From Eledone cirrhosa (Eukaryota): DNA of 64,000 bases. The notes below the pieces were generated by a model that saw nothing but the letters and a program-made list of their open reading frames with translations, was not told where the DNA came from and ran no database searches. A program made the position numbers and the translations under genes. Of the stretch, positions 30,004 to 43,399 are shown one piece after another. The DNA lies in NCBI GenBank assembly GCA_964016885.1, contig OZ024759.1, positions 28,706,001 to 28,770,000 on the forward strand. Reading direction: 5' to 3'. How positions within the stretch are numbered: the stretch's first letter is position 1; each line of letters opens with the position of its first letter.

Positions 30004-31019
30004 GGGTATGTGGTTTTGTGTGGAAATGTGCGTGTGTTACATATGTATGCAACCACGAGCATGTGTATATGTATGTGTTTGTGCACGCGCGCGTGCTCAA
30101 GATATGAGCGTGTGCTTGTGTGTGTATGTTAATGCATGTATATCTGTATGTATGTATGTATGTATATGTAAGTATGTATGTATGTATATCTGTATGTATG
30201 TATATCTGTATTATGTATGTATATCTGTATGTGTATGTATGTATGTATGTATATCTGTATATATATATATGTATGTATGTATATCTGTATGTGTATATGT
30301 ATGTATGTATATCTATGTGTGTATGTATGTATGTATACCTGTATATATATATGTATGTATGTATATCTGTGTATATATATGTATGTATGTATACCTGTAT
30401 GTGTATGTATGTATGTATGTATGTATATATATATGTATGTATGTATATCTATGTGTGTATGTATGTATGTATATCTGTATATATATATGTATGTATGTAT
30501 ACCTGTGTGTGTATGTATGTATGTATACCTGTATATATATATATGTATGTATGTATATCTGTGTGTGTATGTATGTATATCTGTATATATATATGTATGT
30601 ATGTATATCTGTGTGTGTATGTATGTATATCTGTATATATATATATGTATGTATGTATATCTGTGTGTGTATGTATGTATATCTGTATATATATATGTAT
30701 GTATGTATATCTGTGTGTGTATGTATGTATATCTGTATATATATATGTATGTATATCTGTGTGTATGTATGTATACCTGTATATATATATGTATGTATGT
30801 ATATCTGTATGTATACCTGTATATATATATGTATGTATATCTGTATATATATATGTATGTATGTATACCTGTGTGTGTATGTATATCTATATGTGTATGT
30901 CTGTTTCTTGACACGCTATACTAAAAACAAATAAAAGAGTATTTTAAAAAATCATTAGAAAAACAGCCAAAAAAAAAAGGTCCAGAAATTACACACGCTT
31001 TCCTCTCCCTTCCCTCGCT

Positions 31020-31287
31020 TCCCTTCCCCCGCCCCTGTAATTGTAGGGTCGGGAGTAGGAAAAGGCCACACTTCCAATTTGTGCGGCAGTGCAATATGTT
31101 TCCGGTATCAAAGGTCAGCTGTTTGTTTATTGTGTCTAAATACTCCAGGCATCGCCAATCTGTCTTTTTGCTGTCGTTCGGCAGCACTCGGCGCTTGTTC
31201 GGCGTTGCTCGGCGTTCGTTCGGCGTTGTTCGCCGTCATTCGGCGTCTGCTGACCAAAGAGAAGCCGTACGCCATTTTGACGTACGT
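31020..31287. promoter_or_regulatory. CpG-rich unique island, candidate promoter or enhancer
   Basis: GC box CCCCGCCCC, ATCAAAG, AGGTCA, CAGCTG, TGTTTAT, CCAAT, a run of TCGGCG repeats and YY1-type CGCCATTTTG. Confidence 0.35.
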
Positions 31288-31643
31288 ATGTGTGTGCGTC
31301 TGTATGTGTGTGTGTGTGAGTGTGTGTGTGTTAATGTGTGTGGGTAAGTATGTATGTATGTATGTATGTATGTATGTATATATGTACGTATGTATGTATG
31401 TATATATGTACGTATGTATGTATGTATGTATGTATGTATGTATATATGTACGTATGCATGTATGAGATATGTATATATGTACGTATGCATGTATGAGATA
31501 TGTATATATGTATGCATATATGATGTATGTATGTGTATGTATGCATGTATGTATGTATGAATGCATATTTGATGTATGTATACATGTATGACGTATGTAT
31601 GTATGTCTGTGTGTGTGTGTATGTATATGTGTGCTTATATATA

Positions 31644-31731
<88 letters not shown>

Positions 31732-31883
31732 TATTTAGAGACGTCTTAATTAAACAGTAGTTCTGTATATCGTGGTGACTGAGTGTAGGATTCGTAGGAT
31801 TGTTAAGTAAAGAGAAGGAATGTGAGGGCACAGGACTGATAGATATACATATATATGTGTGTGTGTTTGTGTGTGTGTATTAT

Positions 31884-31914
<31 letters not shown>

Positions 31915-32000
31915 GTAATAATAACAAATTTGAAGACTAAAATCCAAAGAGGGCTCGATAAGGATAAATATATATCAAATATATAAGAACCGTAGAGCAA

Positions 32001-32127
32001 ATATTTATTAAAATAACAGATTAAAGTTTAAGCAAAGAATCGCTGCTTTCACCCTTAACGGGATCTTCTGAAAGGGTGAAAGCAGCGATTCTTTGCTTAA
32101 ACTTTAATCTGTTATTTTAATAAATAT
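32001..32127. repeat. Perfect inverted repeat (about 56 bp arms) containing a hammerhead motif (minus strand, 32027-32073)
   Basis: Minus strand TTT-CAGAAGA-TCCC GTTAA GGGT-GAA-AGCA..TGCT-T-AAA; second copy of the arm at 49862-49917. Confidence 0.75.
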
Positions 32128-32189
32128 ATATATATATATATATTTATTAAAATATATATATATATATATTTATTAAAATATATATATAT

Positions 32190-32360
32190 AACGAAGGAGT
32201 TGTGGTAAGAAACCAGTTGGACCATAACGCACCAGAGTACTCAATACTTAGGTTAGTAGAGTGGGTAATAGGAAAATGTATAACCCCGACGGCAGAGCTC
32301 AAATTTATATATATATATATACGGCTATTTCTAGACTAAATTTAGTCTAGAAATAGCCGT
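32190..32360. mobile_element. PLE pLTR-like repeat (GCCGTCGGGG family)
   Basis: Homology to 7693-7872, plus hairpin ACGGCTATTTCTAGACT..AGTCTAGAAATAGCCGT. Confidence 0.7.
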
Positions 32361-32396
32361 ATATATATATATATATATATATATACCCACACACAG

Positions 32397-32593
32397 AGTG
32401 TATACACATTTCAACAGCATTCTAATAATAATTGTTCCTACTGTTGGCACAAGGCCAGCAATTGTCTCAGTGCATTACTGGTACTTTATTTTCTCGACCT
32501 TGTAAAGATGAAAGGCAAAGTTATCCTCGGCGGGATTTGAACTCATTCTAATAATAATAATAATAATAATGTGTATATATCTTTTGGGACACC

Positions 32594-32596
<3 letters not shown>
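32397..32596. mobile_element. Tc1/mariner-type MITE with nested partial SINE A
   Basis: MITE body TATACACATTTCAACAGCATTCT, SINE at about 32430-32544, right TIR TTTTGGGACACCCTG followed by TA. Confidence 0.65.
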
Positions 32597-32640
<44 letters not shown>

Positions 32641-33065
32641 TTACATAATAAACAACACAATGTAATTATTCCATTACAAATGGAATAATTATAGTGTTGT
32701 TTATTATGTAATTAAATAGCTCTGTACTATACATAATACATAAAACATGTGTGTATATATGTCTGTGTGTATATATGTCTGTGTGTATGTGTATATATAT
32801 GTATGTATATTCCGTTTCGTTGGATCGTTTAACTAATAGGTAGCTGGGTTTATGATCCAGTCATTCCGATTAACGCATCATGGTGCAATAAACAAAAGCA
32901 GTCGACGTTTTGTGCATCTTCCATCATAGATGTGGTATCTCGTGGTTCGGACAAGAACGGAGTTAAATACTTCAATTTGAGGGCATTGCTAGCTGGACCG
33001 CCTCCTTATCAATTCTGTTTATATTTTGTTGTAAGGATTATTTCACTAAATCGTTTGTGTTCATA

Positions 33066-33131
33066 ACATCTGATGATTATCTTACGTCATGCCCTGATGA
33101 GGTAAGCCGGCCACAGAAATGTGTATTATGT
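33066..33131 (+). ncRNA. Hammerhead motif
   Basis: ACAT-CTGATGA-..CTTACGTCAT/ATGAGGTAAG..-GAA-ATGTGTAT-T-ATGT. Confidence 0.55.
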
Positions 33132-34477
33132 AATCATAAAATATCAAAGGAAGATATTGAAATCTGGTCTTATATTTTCATTGAAATATATATATATGTG
33201 TTTTACCACCTGCACTTGCCTGCTTCTGCTCACTAATATGCGCCTCAGTTATTTGCCTCTTGATGTTCGTGCTGCGGTATATGAATTTGCCTGCAACCTT
33301 CCCAGCATATGCTCCTGCTTGTGATATGGATACACCTTGTTAACCAGTTAATTCTTGCCTGAGTGCTCAACTCTATGAATGCACAACTGTGTATTGAACT
33401 TTGTAGTGTGAACGTTTTCGGATTGCCCAACCGCTCAACTCTATGAATGCACACCTGTGGATTGAACTTTGGAGTGTGAACTTTTGGGACTGTCCAACCT
33501 GGGATGTTTCCATTGCATTGTAATGGTCAACTCAATCTAGTGCGGACATAGCATCTGTTCATAAAAAATCTCATTCGAACACTCTATTGTTGAACTGCGG
33601 CTAACTGCAACACCTAAGGCGTTCGTGTGCTCCTGATATATTCCATATATCACCATGAGTCAACACTAGTGTCACCTTAGGATTTCTATAATAATATTAT
33701 TATTACATGCCCTAATAATTACCATCTTGATTACCCTTATTACATCTTTTTACCCCCAGTTACATCTTTATAAATATGCATTACTTGGACTGATATGTGT
33801 ATATATACATATATATATCCTTATATATACGTCTCTTTTATATATATTTTTGTATATATATTTTTGTGTATTTTATATGTTGTACGTATATCACTTGTTG
33901 AAAATGGCTTGATAGCTTATGCATTTGCCAGTCTTATCTTTACCCACACCTTCCTTTATGGTGTATATTTTACTCCATTTTTTTTTGGTGTATTGTTTTA
34001 TTTATCTTCTGGTGTATATTTTACTTTACTTTATATTATTTTATTTTATTTTATTTTATTTTATTTTATTTTATTTTTTATTTTTTATCTTTTATCTATT
34101 TTTTATCTATTTTTTATCTCTTTTTTATCTATTTTTTAATCTCTTTTTTATCTCTTTTTTATCTATTTTTTATCTATTTTTTATCTACTTTTTATCTATT
34201 TTTTATCTACTTTTTATCTATTTTTTATCTATTTTTTATCTATCTCTATCTCTTAACTTGTGCCCATCCGTCTATGATATGTTATTTGTATTAGTGTATA
34301 TTGTATGTGTTGCATATGGGTGCTTGTGTGTAGGTGCATGCGGGTGCTCATGCTTATGCATATACTTGTATGTAGCTGTATGTTAACGGAACCCTGCCCA
34401 ACTGTGAGTGATAACATTTCTTATTTTTATTTTTATTTTTATATTTATATTTATTTTTATATTTATATTTATTTTTA

Positions 34478-34508
<31 letters not shown>

Positions 34509-34656
34509 CTTATTTTTATGTTTATTTTTATTTTACTCTTTTCTTATTTTACTCCTTTTACTTTACTATTTAAACTCCTCCCAACTTATGGTATCCCCAC
34601 ATATATTCTTCTGTTTTGGCTTTGTCAATGCTTGTATACTATGTATTTACTCTTGA

Positions 34657-34702
34657 TGCTCTGAAGAGTCCCACTTCTAGTGTGGACGAAACACTGTTAG
34701 CA
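34657..34702 (+). ncRNA. Type I hammerhead motif near the 3' end of a roughly 1.5 kb T-rich PLE-like remnant (33200-34757)
   Basis: TGCT-CTGAAGA-GTCCCAC..GTGGAC-GAA-AC ACT GT-T-AGCA, then ATTAAA and (TA)n. Confidence 0.7.
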
Positions 34703-34752
34703 ATTAAAGATATACCTATGTTCTAAGCGCTCTTTGTTGTTAATTGTATTGT

Positions 34753-34807
<55 letters not shown>

Positions 34808-34810
<3 letters not shown>

Positions 34811-34931
34811 AAAAGAGTCGGGACCCCGACGGCTGAGCTCCGACCGTTTTCCTATTAACTACTCTACTACACTAAGTATTGAGTACTCTGGTGCGTCATG
34901 GTCCACCTAGTTTCTTACAACACTTTCTTTG

Positions 34932-34932
<1 letters not shown>
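34808..34932. mobile_element. PLE pLTR-like repeat (GCCGTCGGGG family), inverted junction
   Basis: Homology to 7693-7872; flanked by (TA)n. Confidence 0.7.
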
Positions 34933-34966
<34 letters not shown>

Positions 34967-35921
34967 AGTTGTAGCCGCAGTAGAGCAGATGTACCAATCG
35001 AATTGTTTGAAGCGGTCACAAAGCACTCGATGGGTGGTGTTAAAAATTAATAGATTCTCGTCCAGAGTAAACACAAAGTTAAGAAAGTGTGACATCAAGA
35101 ATAAAAGGACCAAGTAAATGTGGCCACACTTTATAACCACAACAAAGGTAAATACAAACAGGTAAGAAACTAATCTGGACTATCTCCAATAGATAAGAAT
35201 ATATAGAAATCGATAAAAAAAATCTTCCATGGGTTTCTGCGACTTGGTGAAGGTGCATCACGATTTTCACAATGCATATGCAAGTCGTAAGTGCACCTAA
35301 CTATTGTCTAGCAATGGAACTGGAGATGCTTTACTCAGCAGGTGTTTCTTCATTAGTATCCGACGTAGTTCTGCTGTGATGAAACAGGGAAGCCTTATAT
35401 GGTATTAGTCACTTCTCCTGGCACTTTATCTCAGTGACACATATAATTTATGGATTCTATAACTCAAAAAAGAAAAGTGTTCATCCACCCCAGACACATG
35501 GCGCGCTATCGATTCTACAAATCTTACAAATACCATAAACCTTCATCTGCAATAGGATTGCAAAAAATAATACAGGCAAAAGATTGTGGAGGGTGGGAGG
35601 AAGAGAGTCGATGAGGGAAGATAGAGAGAGAGAAGAGAGAGAAGAGAAAGATAGAAGGAAGGAGGTGGTGTGAAGGAGGATAGAAAAGATGAGGGTGAGT
35701 GGATAGAAGACAATAAGAAAAGATAATACAGCTCTTGAGAACACAAAAGACCAACATCCTCTCCTTGTTGTCTAAATATATATATTTACAATAAGAGAAA
35801 TAGTGATACATGCAAACACATACACATATACGCAAACATCCATAAATGTATACACACACATACACATACATACATACACACATATATATATATATAGAGA
35901 GAGAGATAGAGAGAGAGATGA

Positions 35922-35978
<57 letters not shown>

Positions 35979-36050
35979 CACACATATATATATATATATT
36001 TATATAGACACTCATCTCTCTCTCTATATATATATACCTATATTTATATT

Positions 36051-36090
<40 letters not shown>

Positions 36091-36344
36091 CACACACACA
36101 TATATATATGTATATATATATAAGAAATAAAGATATTACGATGCCAATAGTCTGAGACAATAAAGAAAGCTGTATAGTTTATTGTTATATATTTTCACAT
36201 ATACACATACAAAGATATATACACATATATACACACATGTACACACATATATACATATATACACACATATACTCACGTATATATATATATACACATGTAC
36301 ACACATATATACATATATATACCCATATACACACACACGTATAT

Positions 36345-36499
36345 ATATATATAATACACAAGATGATAGAGACAGCTATATAGTTTAATGTTATATATTG
36401 TCAAATATACACACATATATTACATACACACACGCACACACACATATATATATATATATCACATACACACACACATACATCATATATATATATATACTG

Positions 36500-36549
<50 letters not shown>

Positions 36550-36760
36550 ACACAAGATGATAGAGACAGCTGTATAGTTTAATGTTATATATTGTCAAAT
36601 ATACACACATATATTACATACACACACACGCACACACATATATATATATATCGCATACACACACACATACAAACTTCATATATATATATATATACTGTAT
36701 ATATATACATACAATACACAAGATGATAGAGACAGCTGTATAGTTTAATGTAATATATTG
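36345..36760. repeat. Local tandem duplication, about 170-190 bp unit
   Basis: ATACACAAGATGATAGAGACAGCT(A/G)TATAGTTTAATGT occurs three times. Confidence 0.85.
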
Positions 36761-36949
36761 CCCGTAAGATAGTGTCAAATATCAACCAAGTTTAATAATC
36801 TTTGTTGGGGATCAAGTGATAAATGACTGCTTTATTTATAATGCTCACTCACATAAATACATTATTATATACATACATATATACACACACACTCATATAT
36901 ATATATATATATGAGTGTGTGTATATTTTTGTTCTATACCCTGTAAAAA

Positions 36950-37007
<58 letters not shown>

Positions 37008-37042
37008 ACTCAATTTGTAATGCAGGTATAAAAAGAAGAAGC

Positions 37043-37117
<75 letters not shown>

Positions 37118-37249
37118 AATTATGATAGTAGTCAGAAAGACAAGGTGGCAGTTGATGACGGATTTGTGCGACACCTTGCCAGCTTTATATGGCTTAGAAT
37201 TTTCACCTTGTATCTTGTTGTGACTTGTATACACTCATATATATACACT

Positions 37250-37335
<86 letters not shown>

Positions 37336-37336
<1 letters not shown>

Positions 37337-37944
37337 GATGGCTGCCAACTCGTTTTCGAGTACGGCCACTACTTTATATCCATGTAGGAGAACCCCTACC
37401 GATGCGCTGAACGAGTGTGACATTTTAGTCCAGCCAGCGACTTGAAAACTCTGGTACAAACACTACACTTGTGACAATTATTGACACATAGTGCTGGGCC
37501 CATGGCACCATGTGACGACAAGTGCAGAGAGATCTCCAGATATAAAGCAATGCCTGTGGCGTGAAGCTTTTATAGTGAGCAAAGGCACTGCACAAAGCCA
37601 GTCCCACTCTCTTAACCAAGATGATATTTACCAAAAAGAAGAACAAGTCAACATCATTGGATACCATCAGGGTTGCAGGTGTTATATCAGAGTTTTCCTA
37701 CTCCTAGAATTCTGCCTTGACAAAGGCTAAGGTGTCATCTCTCCTGGAGATTTTGGATGGCCATTGACTCTTAAGAGCTCCTTTGCCCTTTGACAGGTTT
37801 TGTTTTTAGTCCTGCAGGATGTCCAAAGTCACCCTCCTCACCAAGAAACCTTGGTGGGGTTGCCAGTTTAGTCGCCAACAACCCGACCATGAGACAGGTT
37901 GTACTGGGATACATGTTACCAGTAGCACCAACTGGTGACCTGAC
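37336..37944 (-). mobile_element. Second full copy of the bipartite RTE derivative
   Basis: Nearly identical to 6851-7460, with the same termini. Confidence 0.8.
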
Positions 37945-38084
37945 ATATATATATATATATACATATCCACTCATATATACTTATACCTACATATATACAG
38001 ATGCACACACATACATAAACATACAAATATATATATATACTAGTATTCAGGGTAACTAGTATATGAACAAAGTGAATCACACTA

Positions 38085-38285
38085 CAGGTACAAGGTCGGC
38101 AATTCGTGGGAAGGGGGAAAGTCGATTAAATCGAATCCAGTATATGACTGGTACTTCATTGTATTGATCTTGGAAGGATAAAAACCAAAGTTGAATTCTG
38201 CAGGACTTGATCTCAGAATGTAAAGTGCCGTGATATTTCTTGAAGTTATTCTGTCCGGTGCTGTAACGATTTTGCCAATCTACTA
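38085..38285 (-). mobile_element. Divergent SINE A-related copy
   Basis: ACAAGGTCGGCAATT..ACTGGTACTTCATTGTATTGATC..AAGGAT. Confidence 0.65.
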
Positions 38286-38319
38286 ATCAATAATGATGAT
38301 GATGATGATGATGAAATTT

Positions 38320-39030
38320 ACTGCTTACACCTATATAGGTTTAGGTGGTCTTCTATAAGGTCTCATATGAAGTTTCTCAAGTGTTTTAATGATAGAAGCC
38401 CCCAATCCTATCATATGATTACTGTTTACACCCATGTAGGTTTAGGTGGTCTCCTACAAGGTTGTATTTCATATGAAGTTTCTCAAGTGTTTTAATGATA
38501 GAAGCCCTCAATCCTATCATATGATTACTGTTTACCCCCATGTAGGTTTAGGTGGTCTCCTACAAGGTTGTATTTCATATGAAGTTTCTCAAGTGCTTTA
38601 ATGATAGAAGCCCTCAATCCTATCTTCTCGTTACTATTCACACCTATGTAGATTTAGCTGTTCTCCCATGAGTTTGTATTTCATAGAATATTTCTCAAGT
38701 ATTTTAATGGTAGAAGCCCTCAGTTCTATCATGTTGTTAGAGGTCAGGTATGTAGGTTTAGCTGTTTTTCCACGAGTTTGAATCTCATAGGAGGTTTCTC
38801 AGATGTTTTAATGATAGGAGTCCTCAGTTCTATCATGTTGTTACAGGTCAGGTATGTAGGTTTAGCTGGCCTTCTACGAGCTGGAGGTTTCTTGGCTGTT
38901 TTAATGTTAGGGATCCCCTAGTCCTATCATACTGTTGTTGCTGCAGCACACATCCAAGTAGGTGTAGTTGGCCTGCTACAGAACTGCATTCAATAGGCGG
39001 TTTCTGTGGTGTTTTAATAATAGGGGCCGC
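38320..39030. repeat. 104-106 bp tandem repeat, about 7 progressively diverging copies
   Basis: ATGTAG(G/A)TTTAG recurs at 38434, 38540, 38646, 38750 and 38854. Confidence 0.85.
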
Positions 39031-39044
39031 AGTCATATCATGAA

Positions 39045-39152
39045 AAGCAACGTGAAACGTAGCATCTTGCTCAAAAACACAACAGGCCACTCGACCTAGG
39101 AATGAAACACTCGACTTTATGATCACGAGCCCAACACCCAAACCATTAGGAT
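39045..39152 (-). mobile_element. tRNA-derived SINE (family B) fragment
   Basis: Reverse complement carries GTTGTGTTTTTGAGCAAGATG, as in 47095-47120. Confidence 0.55.
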
Positions 39153-39217
39153 ATGATGATGATGATGATGTGATGGTGATGGTGATGATGATGATGATGA
39201 TGGTGATGATGATGGTG

Positions 39218-39310
39218 GTGGCAATCCTTCCTGACCCAAACATAGTCCGGAAGGAAGTCGAATAACTATCAAAGTACAAAGATCTTGAAATAAAAATAAG
39301 CAGGATGTAT
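39218..39310 (+). mobile_element. R4-like RLE LINE endonuclease fragment
   Basis: VAILPDPNIVRKEVE*LSKYKDLEIKISRM matches the DVAIPxDxNxxxKExEKxxKYxDL motif; premature stop. Confidence 0.65.
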
Positions 39311-39649
39311 GTGTGGGGGGGGATGTTTAAAAGTTAGAATCGCCCCAATAGTAACTGAGGGCGGGGGTGGAAGAAGGGAGGGAGGAGATGAAAGTCAAAA
39401 TCGCCTCAATAAGAACTGAAACAGTAGGTGTGAAAAGCAAAATATAATTTGTCAAAAAAAAATATAAAAAAATAAACCTACCAGGTCTTGTAGCCCTCAT
39501 CAAGTGCAGGATTCTTACAATTTAATGTCACGGGTTTCTGTCATATAAGGTGTCCCTTAACACTTAACGTCCTGTACCACATGAATCCACATTAACACGG
39601 CATATCTGAAAAGTAGAAAACAACACTATTACTGTACCACATCAAAAAA

Positions 39650-40405
39650 GTAATAATTGTTTGTATTTTTGACATAAGGCCAGCAATTATCCCAGTGCAT
39701 TACTGGTACTTTATTTTCTCGACCCCGTAAGGATGCAAGGCAAAGTTAACCTCAGCGGGATTTGAAGTCATTCTAATAATAATTGTTTCTACGTTAGGCA
39801 CAAGGCCAGCAATTACCCAGTGCATTACTGGTACTTTATTTTATCGACCCCGTAGGGATGAAAGTCAAAGTTAACCTTGGCGGGATTTGAACTCAGAATG
39901 GCAAGGGCCGTAACTCTATGCGTCAAAGCATGGCGTCCGACCCTCTACCGATACTGCCAATCCACCAATGATGTGTATATATCTTTTAGGACACCCTGTA
40001 TATATATATATTAATTATCCGGCGGGATTTGAACTCAGACCGTAAAGGGGCTTAACTCTATGCTGCAAAGCATGGCGTCCGACCCTCTACTTATACTGCC
40101 AATCCATGTCTTTACTCTAATACTACAAATTTTCACCAGCGATTTTTCCATAAATAAAAACATAAAAGGAAAAAGGAAGATAATTTAAAGAAACAAAGGA
40201 TATATTTTGGAATAAATTTACATATATTAGGGGTCGATATATTAGACCAGGCGGTGAATTGTCAGAGTCGTTAGAAGGTCAGATAGAATGCTTTATGGTA
40301 TTCCTTTCGGATTTCGCTCTCTGAGTTCAAATCCCGCTGAGGTCAACTATGCCTTTTATCCTTACAATTTCGTTAAAAAAGTACCAGTCAAGTACTGGTG
40401 TCGAT
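39650..40405. mobile_element. Cluster of SINE A copies (minus strand 39650-39770, 39775-39965, 40018-40105; plus strand 40248-40405) with a MITE end at 39973-40000
   Basis: Homology to other copies. Confidence 0.8.
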
Positions 40406-40821
40406 TCTTTCTCTATATCTCTTTCTTACTTACATTCCCTCACTCTCTCTATGTCCTTCTCTGGAAGAAATCTGTTTTATTCAGATCTGAAGAGGGATGG
40501 GCACCGCTAGGTTTCAAAATGCCCCCAGAACTAGATTTCTTCTTCAGTCCGGATACGAAACACTCCTACCCAATAATGCCTCATCGGGCAGAGAATTGTA
40601 ATAACCAGGAAATCCCTTTCTCTTTACACTGGATTCCTTCCAGATGTCTTCCTACAGATGTTATTTTACAGATGTCAATTAACATCATCAGCGTGAAATC
40701 TCCCCGATGTAGGAGAGAGACAGTGGGAGAGAGAGAGAGAGAGAGGGGGGAGGGGGAGAGGCCAGGAGGGACAGCTAAGATCATGGAAACTTCCATTCTT
40801 ATTCCCATTAATCTCTCTCTC

Positions 40822-40867
<46 letters not shown>

Positions 40868-40884
40868 GGTGTCTAAATTCTGAT

Positions 40885-40960
<76 letters not shown>

Positions 40961-40986
40961 ATATATTATATTATATTATATTATAT

Positions 40987-41095
40987 TATCCCGCCGAGGT
41001 TAACTTTGCCTTTCATCCTTACGGGGTCGATAAAATAAAGTACCAGTAATGTTCTGGGTAATTGCTGGCCTTGTGCCAAAAGTAGAAACAATTAT
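40987..41095 (+). mobile_element. SINE A 3' half
   Basis: Homology to other copies. Confidence 0.8.
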
Positions 41096-41122
41096 ATATA
41101 TATAAATATAAATATTAATAAA

Positions 41123-41198
41123 CAGGGTGTCTCAAAAAATATATACACACTTCAACAGCATTCTCATAAATATGTGTATATATTTTGGGGAGATCCTG
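41123..41198. mobile_element. Tiny Tc1/mariner-type MITE (about 76 bp)
   Basis: Imperfect TIRs CAGGGTGTCTCAAAAAATATATACAC / GTGTATATATTTTGGGGAGATCCTG. Confidence 0.6.
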
Positions 41199-41829
41199 CA
41201 TATATATATATATATAAGTGTTCTACGCATATATATATATATATATATATATATGCGTAGAGCACTTACATCTGGAAGAGATACTATTTAATATTTACGC
41301 ATTAAAGTATTTAAATATTCTAAATATTAATTAACGCCTTTTCATCCTTCTTTGGCGGTGGCGGCGACATTTGGGGCGGGGTGCGGGGGTGAGGGGGGGA
41401 TGCGGGCGCGCGGGGGGGGGGGGGGGTGACCACTCCTGTAACTATTAGGTTTGACACTAGAGGGAGTGTCTAAGAAAGGAATTGAATAGCAATAGCGTCG
41501 CTAAGTGTTTACAACCTGTGTATCTTGTAAGGTATTTATAAGGAAAATATATATACATATACCCTTATATAGATATATGTATAAAAACATATATATATAT
41601 ATATACACATATATATATATGTATATATATACATACATATATGAATATACATATATATATACATACATATATACATACATATATGAATATACATATATAT
41701 ATACATACATACATACATATATATATATATGAATACATACATATATATATATACACACACGCACATATATACACACACACACACATATATATATACACAC
41801 ACATATACATATATATTTACACACACACT

Positions 41830-41883
<54 letters not shown>

Positions 41884-42006
41884 ATTATTATTCTCTCTGT
41901 ATTTACTATCAACTAAAGCAACCATTCATGTACGACATCCTAGTTTCCTTCCATTTTTATGTACATAAAAATACACCAAACAGCACATAAATATATATAT
42001 ATATAT

Positions 42007-42038
<32 letters not shown>

Positions 42039-42080
42039 CAATATATTAATAAATGGAAACTATATTTATAAAACCATATT

Positions 42081-42146
42081 TATTTTATTATACATATTTC
42101 AAGGGCCACCAAGGCAAATTATGGTGCGTTTTCATCAGATAAAATA
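42081..42146 (-). ncRNA. Hammerhead motif (TATTTTAT family) in a fold-back PLE remnant (42037-42360)
   Basis: Minus strand TATTTTAT-CTGATGA-..CACCA..TGGTG..-GAA-ATATGTAT-A-ATAAAATA. Confidence 0.7.
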
Positions 42147-42355
42147 CAGATTTGTTTTATAAATAAATATTGACATACCCGGAAAAAAGACAACCTTAAC
42201 GGTTGGAGCTTCCTGGATAGCTATCCATATGGTTTTATAAATATAGTTTCCATTTATTAATATATTGTGTATTTACTCCACTAACTTGTTGAGTGCTTTA
42301 TATCAGTTATAAAAATGTTTAAGCTTGTTGAATCCCAACAAATTAAATATAACCT

Positions 42356-42406
<51 letters not shown>

Positions 42407-42662
42407 AAAAATAAAATAAAATAAAATAAAATAAATAAAATAAAATAAAATAAATAAAATAAAATAAAATAAATAAGTCAAATGTTTAAAATTTGGCTTC
42501 GTTTATTACTGCTATATATATTTCGGTGACAGCCATCTTTCGGACTGCCTGTTGAAATAATGGGATAATGTTACATAATATAATGTTCCATAGTAAAAAC
42601 CAATATATGGAACATTATATTATGTAACATTATCCCATTATTTCAATTTATATTCCTTTGAA

Positions 42663-42782
42663 GTTCCAATGAGCCACTCTGTTTTTTAAATATGTTAATT
42701 ATTTTCAACTGAACCAGATCAATTATGATATATAGTCATCTGATCCAGAAATATTATATGGAGGAGCGAAACAATTGTAAAC
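42663..42782 (+). ncRNA. Degenerate hammerhead (core CCAATGA, ACAATTGT stem III)
   Basis: GTT-CCAATGA-GC..GC-GAA-ACAATTGT-A-AAC. Confidence 0.45.
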
Positions 42783-42861
42783 GGACATTATTATTATTAA
42801 TATTATTATTATTATTCTCTACATTCCTTACATCAAACTAAAATATGTTGACAATCTTTTA

Positions 42862-43003
42862 ATAATTGTTTCTACGTTAGGCACAAGGCCAGCAATTACC
42901 CAGTGTATTACTAGTACTTTATTTTATCGACCCCGTAAGGATGAAAGGCAAAGTCAACCTCGGCGGGATTTGAACTCAGATCGTAAAGGGACGTAACTAT
43001 GCT
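42862..43003 (-). mobile_element. SINE A
   Basis: Homology to other copies. Confidence 0.85.
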
Positions 43004-43176
43004 GTCTTCTTTGTGAAGTTTGTGGTCTTGTTTTGCTTAACTAATGAATAAATATATATATATATATATATATAAATATATGTAGGAGGTGAGTTTTATT
43101 GTAGCACAATAAAGCATATGGTGATTTAAAACTTCACTATTCACAAGTGTTTTTTAAGCTTCATATCATGTATCCC

Positions 43177-43247
43177 TATTTTATCTGATGAAAACGCAGA
43201 TATCATCCCATGAGGATATTTGTTTTTGAAATGCGCATAATAAAATA
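43177..43247 (+). ncRNA. Type I hammerhead ribozyme, intact core
   Basis: TATTTTAT-CTGATGA-AAACGCAGATATC..GATATTTGTTTTT-GAA-ATGCGCAT-A-ATAAAATA. Confidence 0.8.
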
Positions 43248-43399
43248 CTTGGAACTCTTTTAACCATCTTTTGATCTTATATTTTATATATATATATATA
43301 TCATTAACAGGTACAAAGAAAAGCCTAGAGCCATCTGTAGTACAAGGTATGGCGCGATGCAAAACAGATGTACAACATAGAAGATACAAATAACATCAA

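Noticed and set aside
38320-39030. CRISPR-like periodicity (also 10200-10760, 19880-20292, 56887-57292)
   Set aside because: Whole units repeat with no unique spacers, there are no cas genes, and the context is eukaryotic.
40288-41049. 253 aa ORF, and a minus-strand CTGAAGA..GAAACCTAGCGGTG hammerhead-like string at about 40500-40550
   Set aside because: The ORF runs through SINE and microsatellite sequence with no recognisable homology. The motif has GUG and poor stems I and II.
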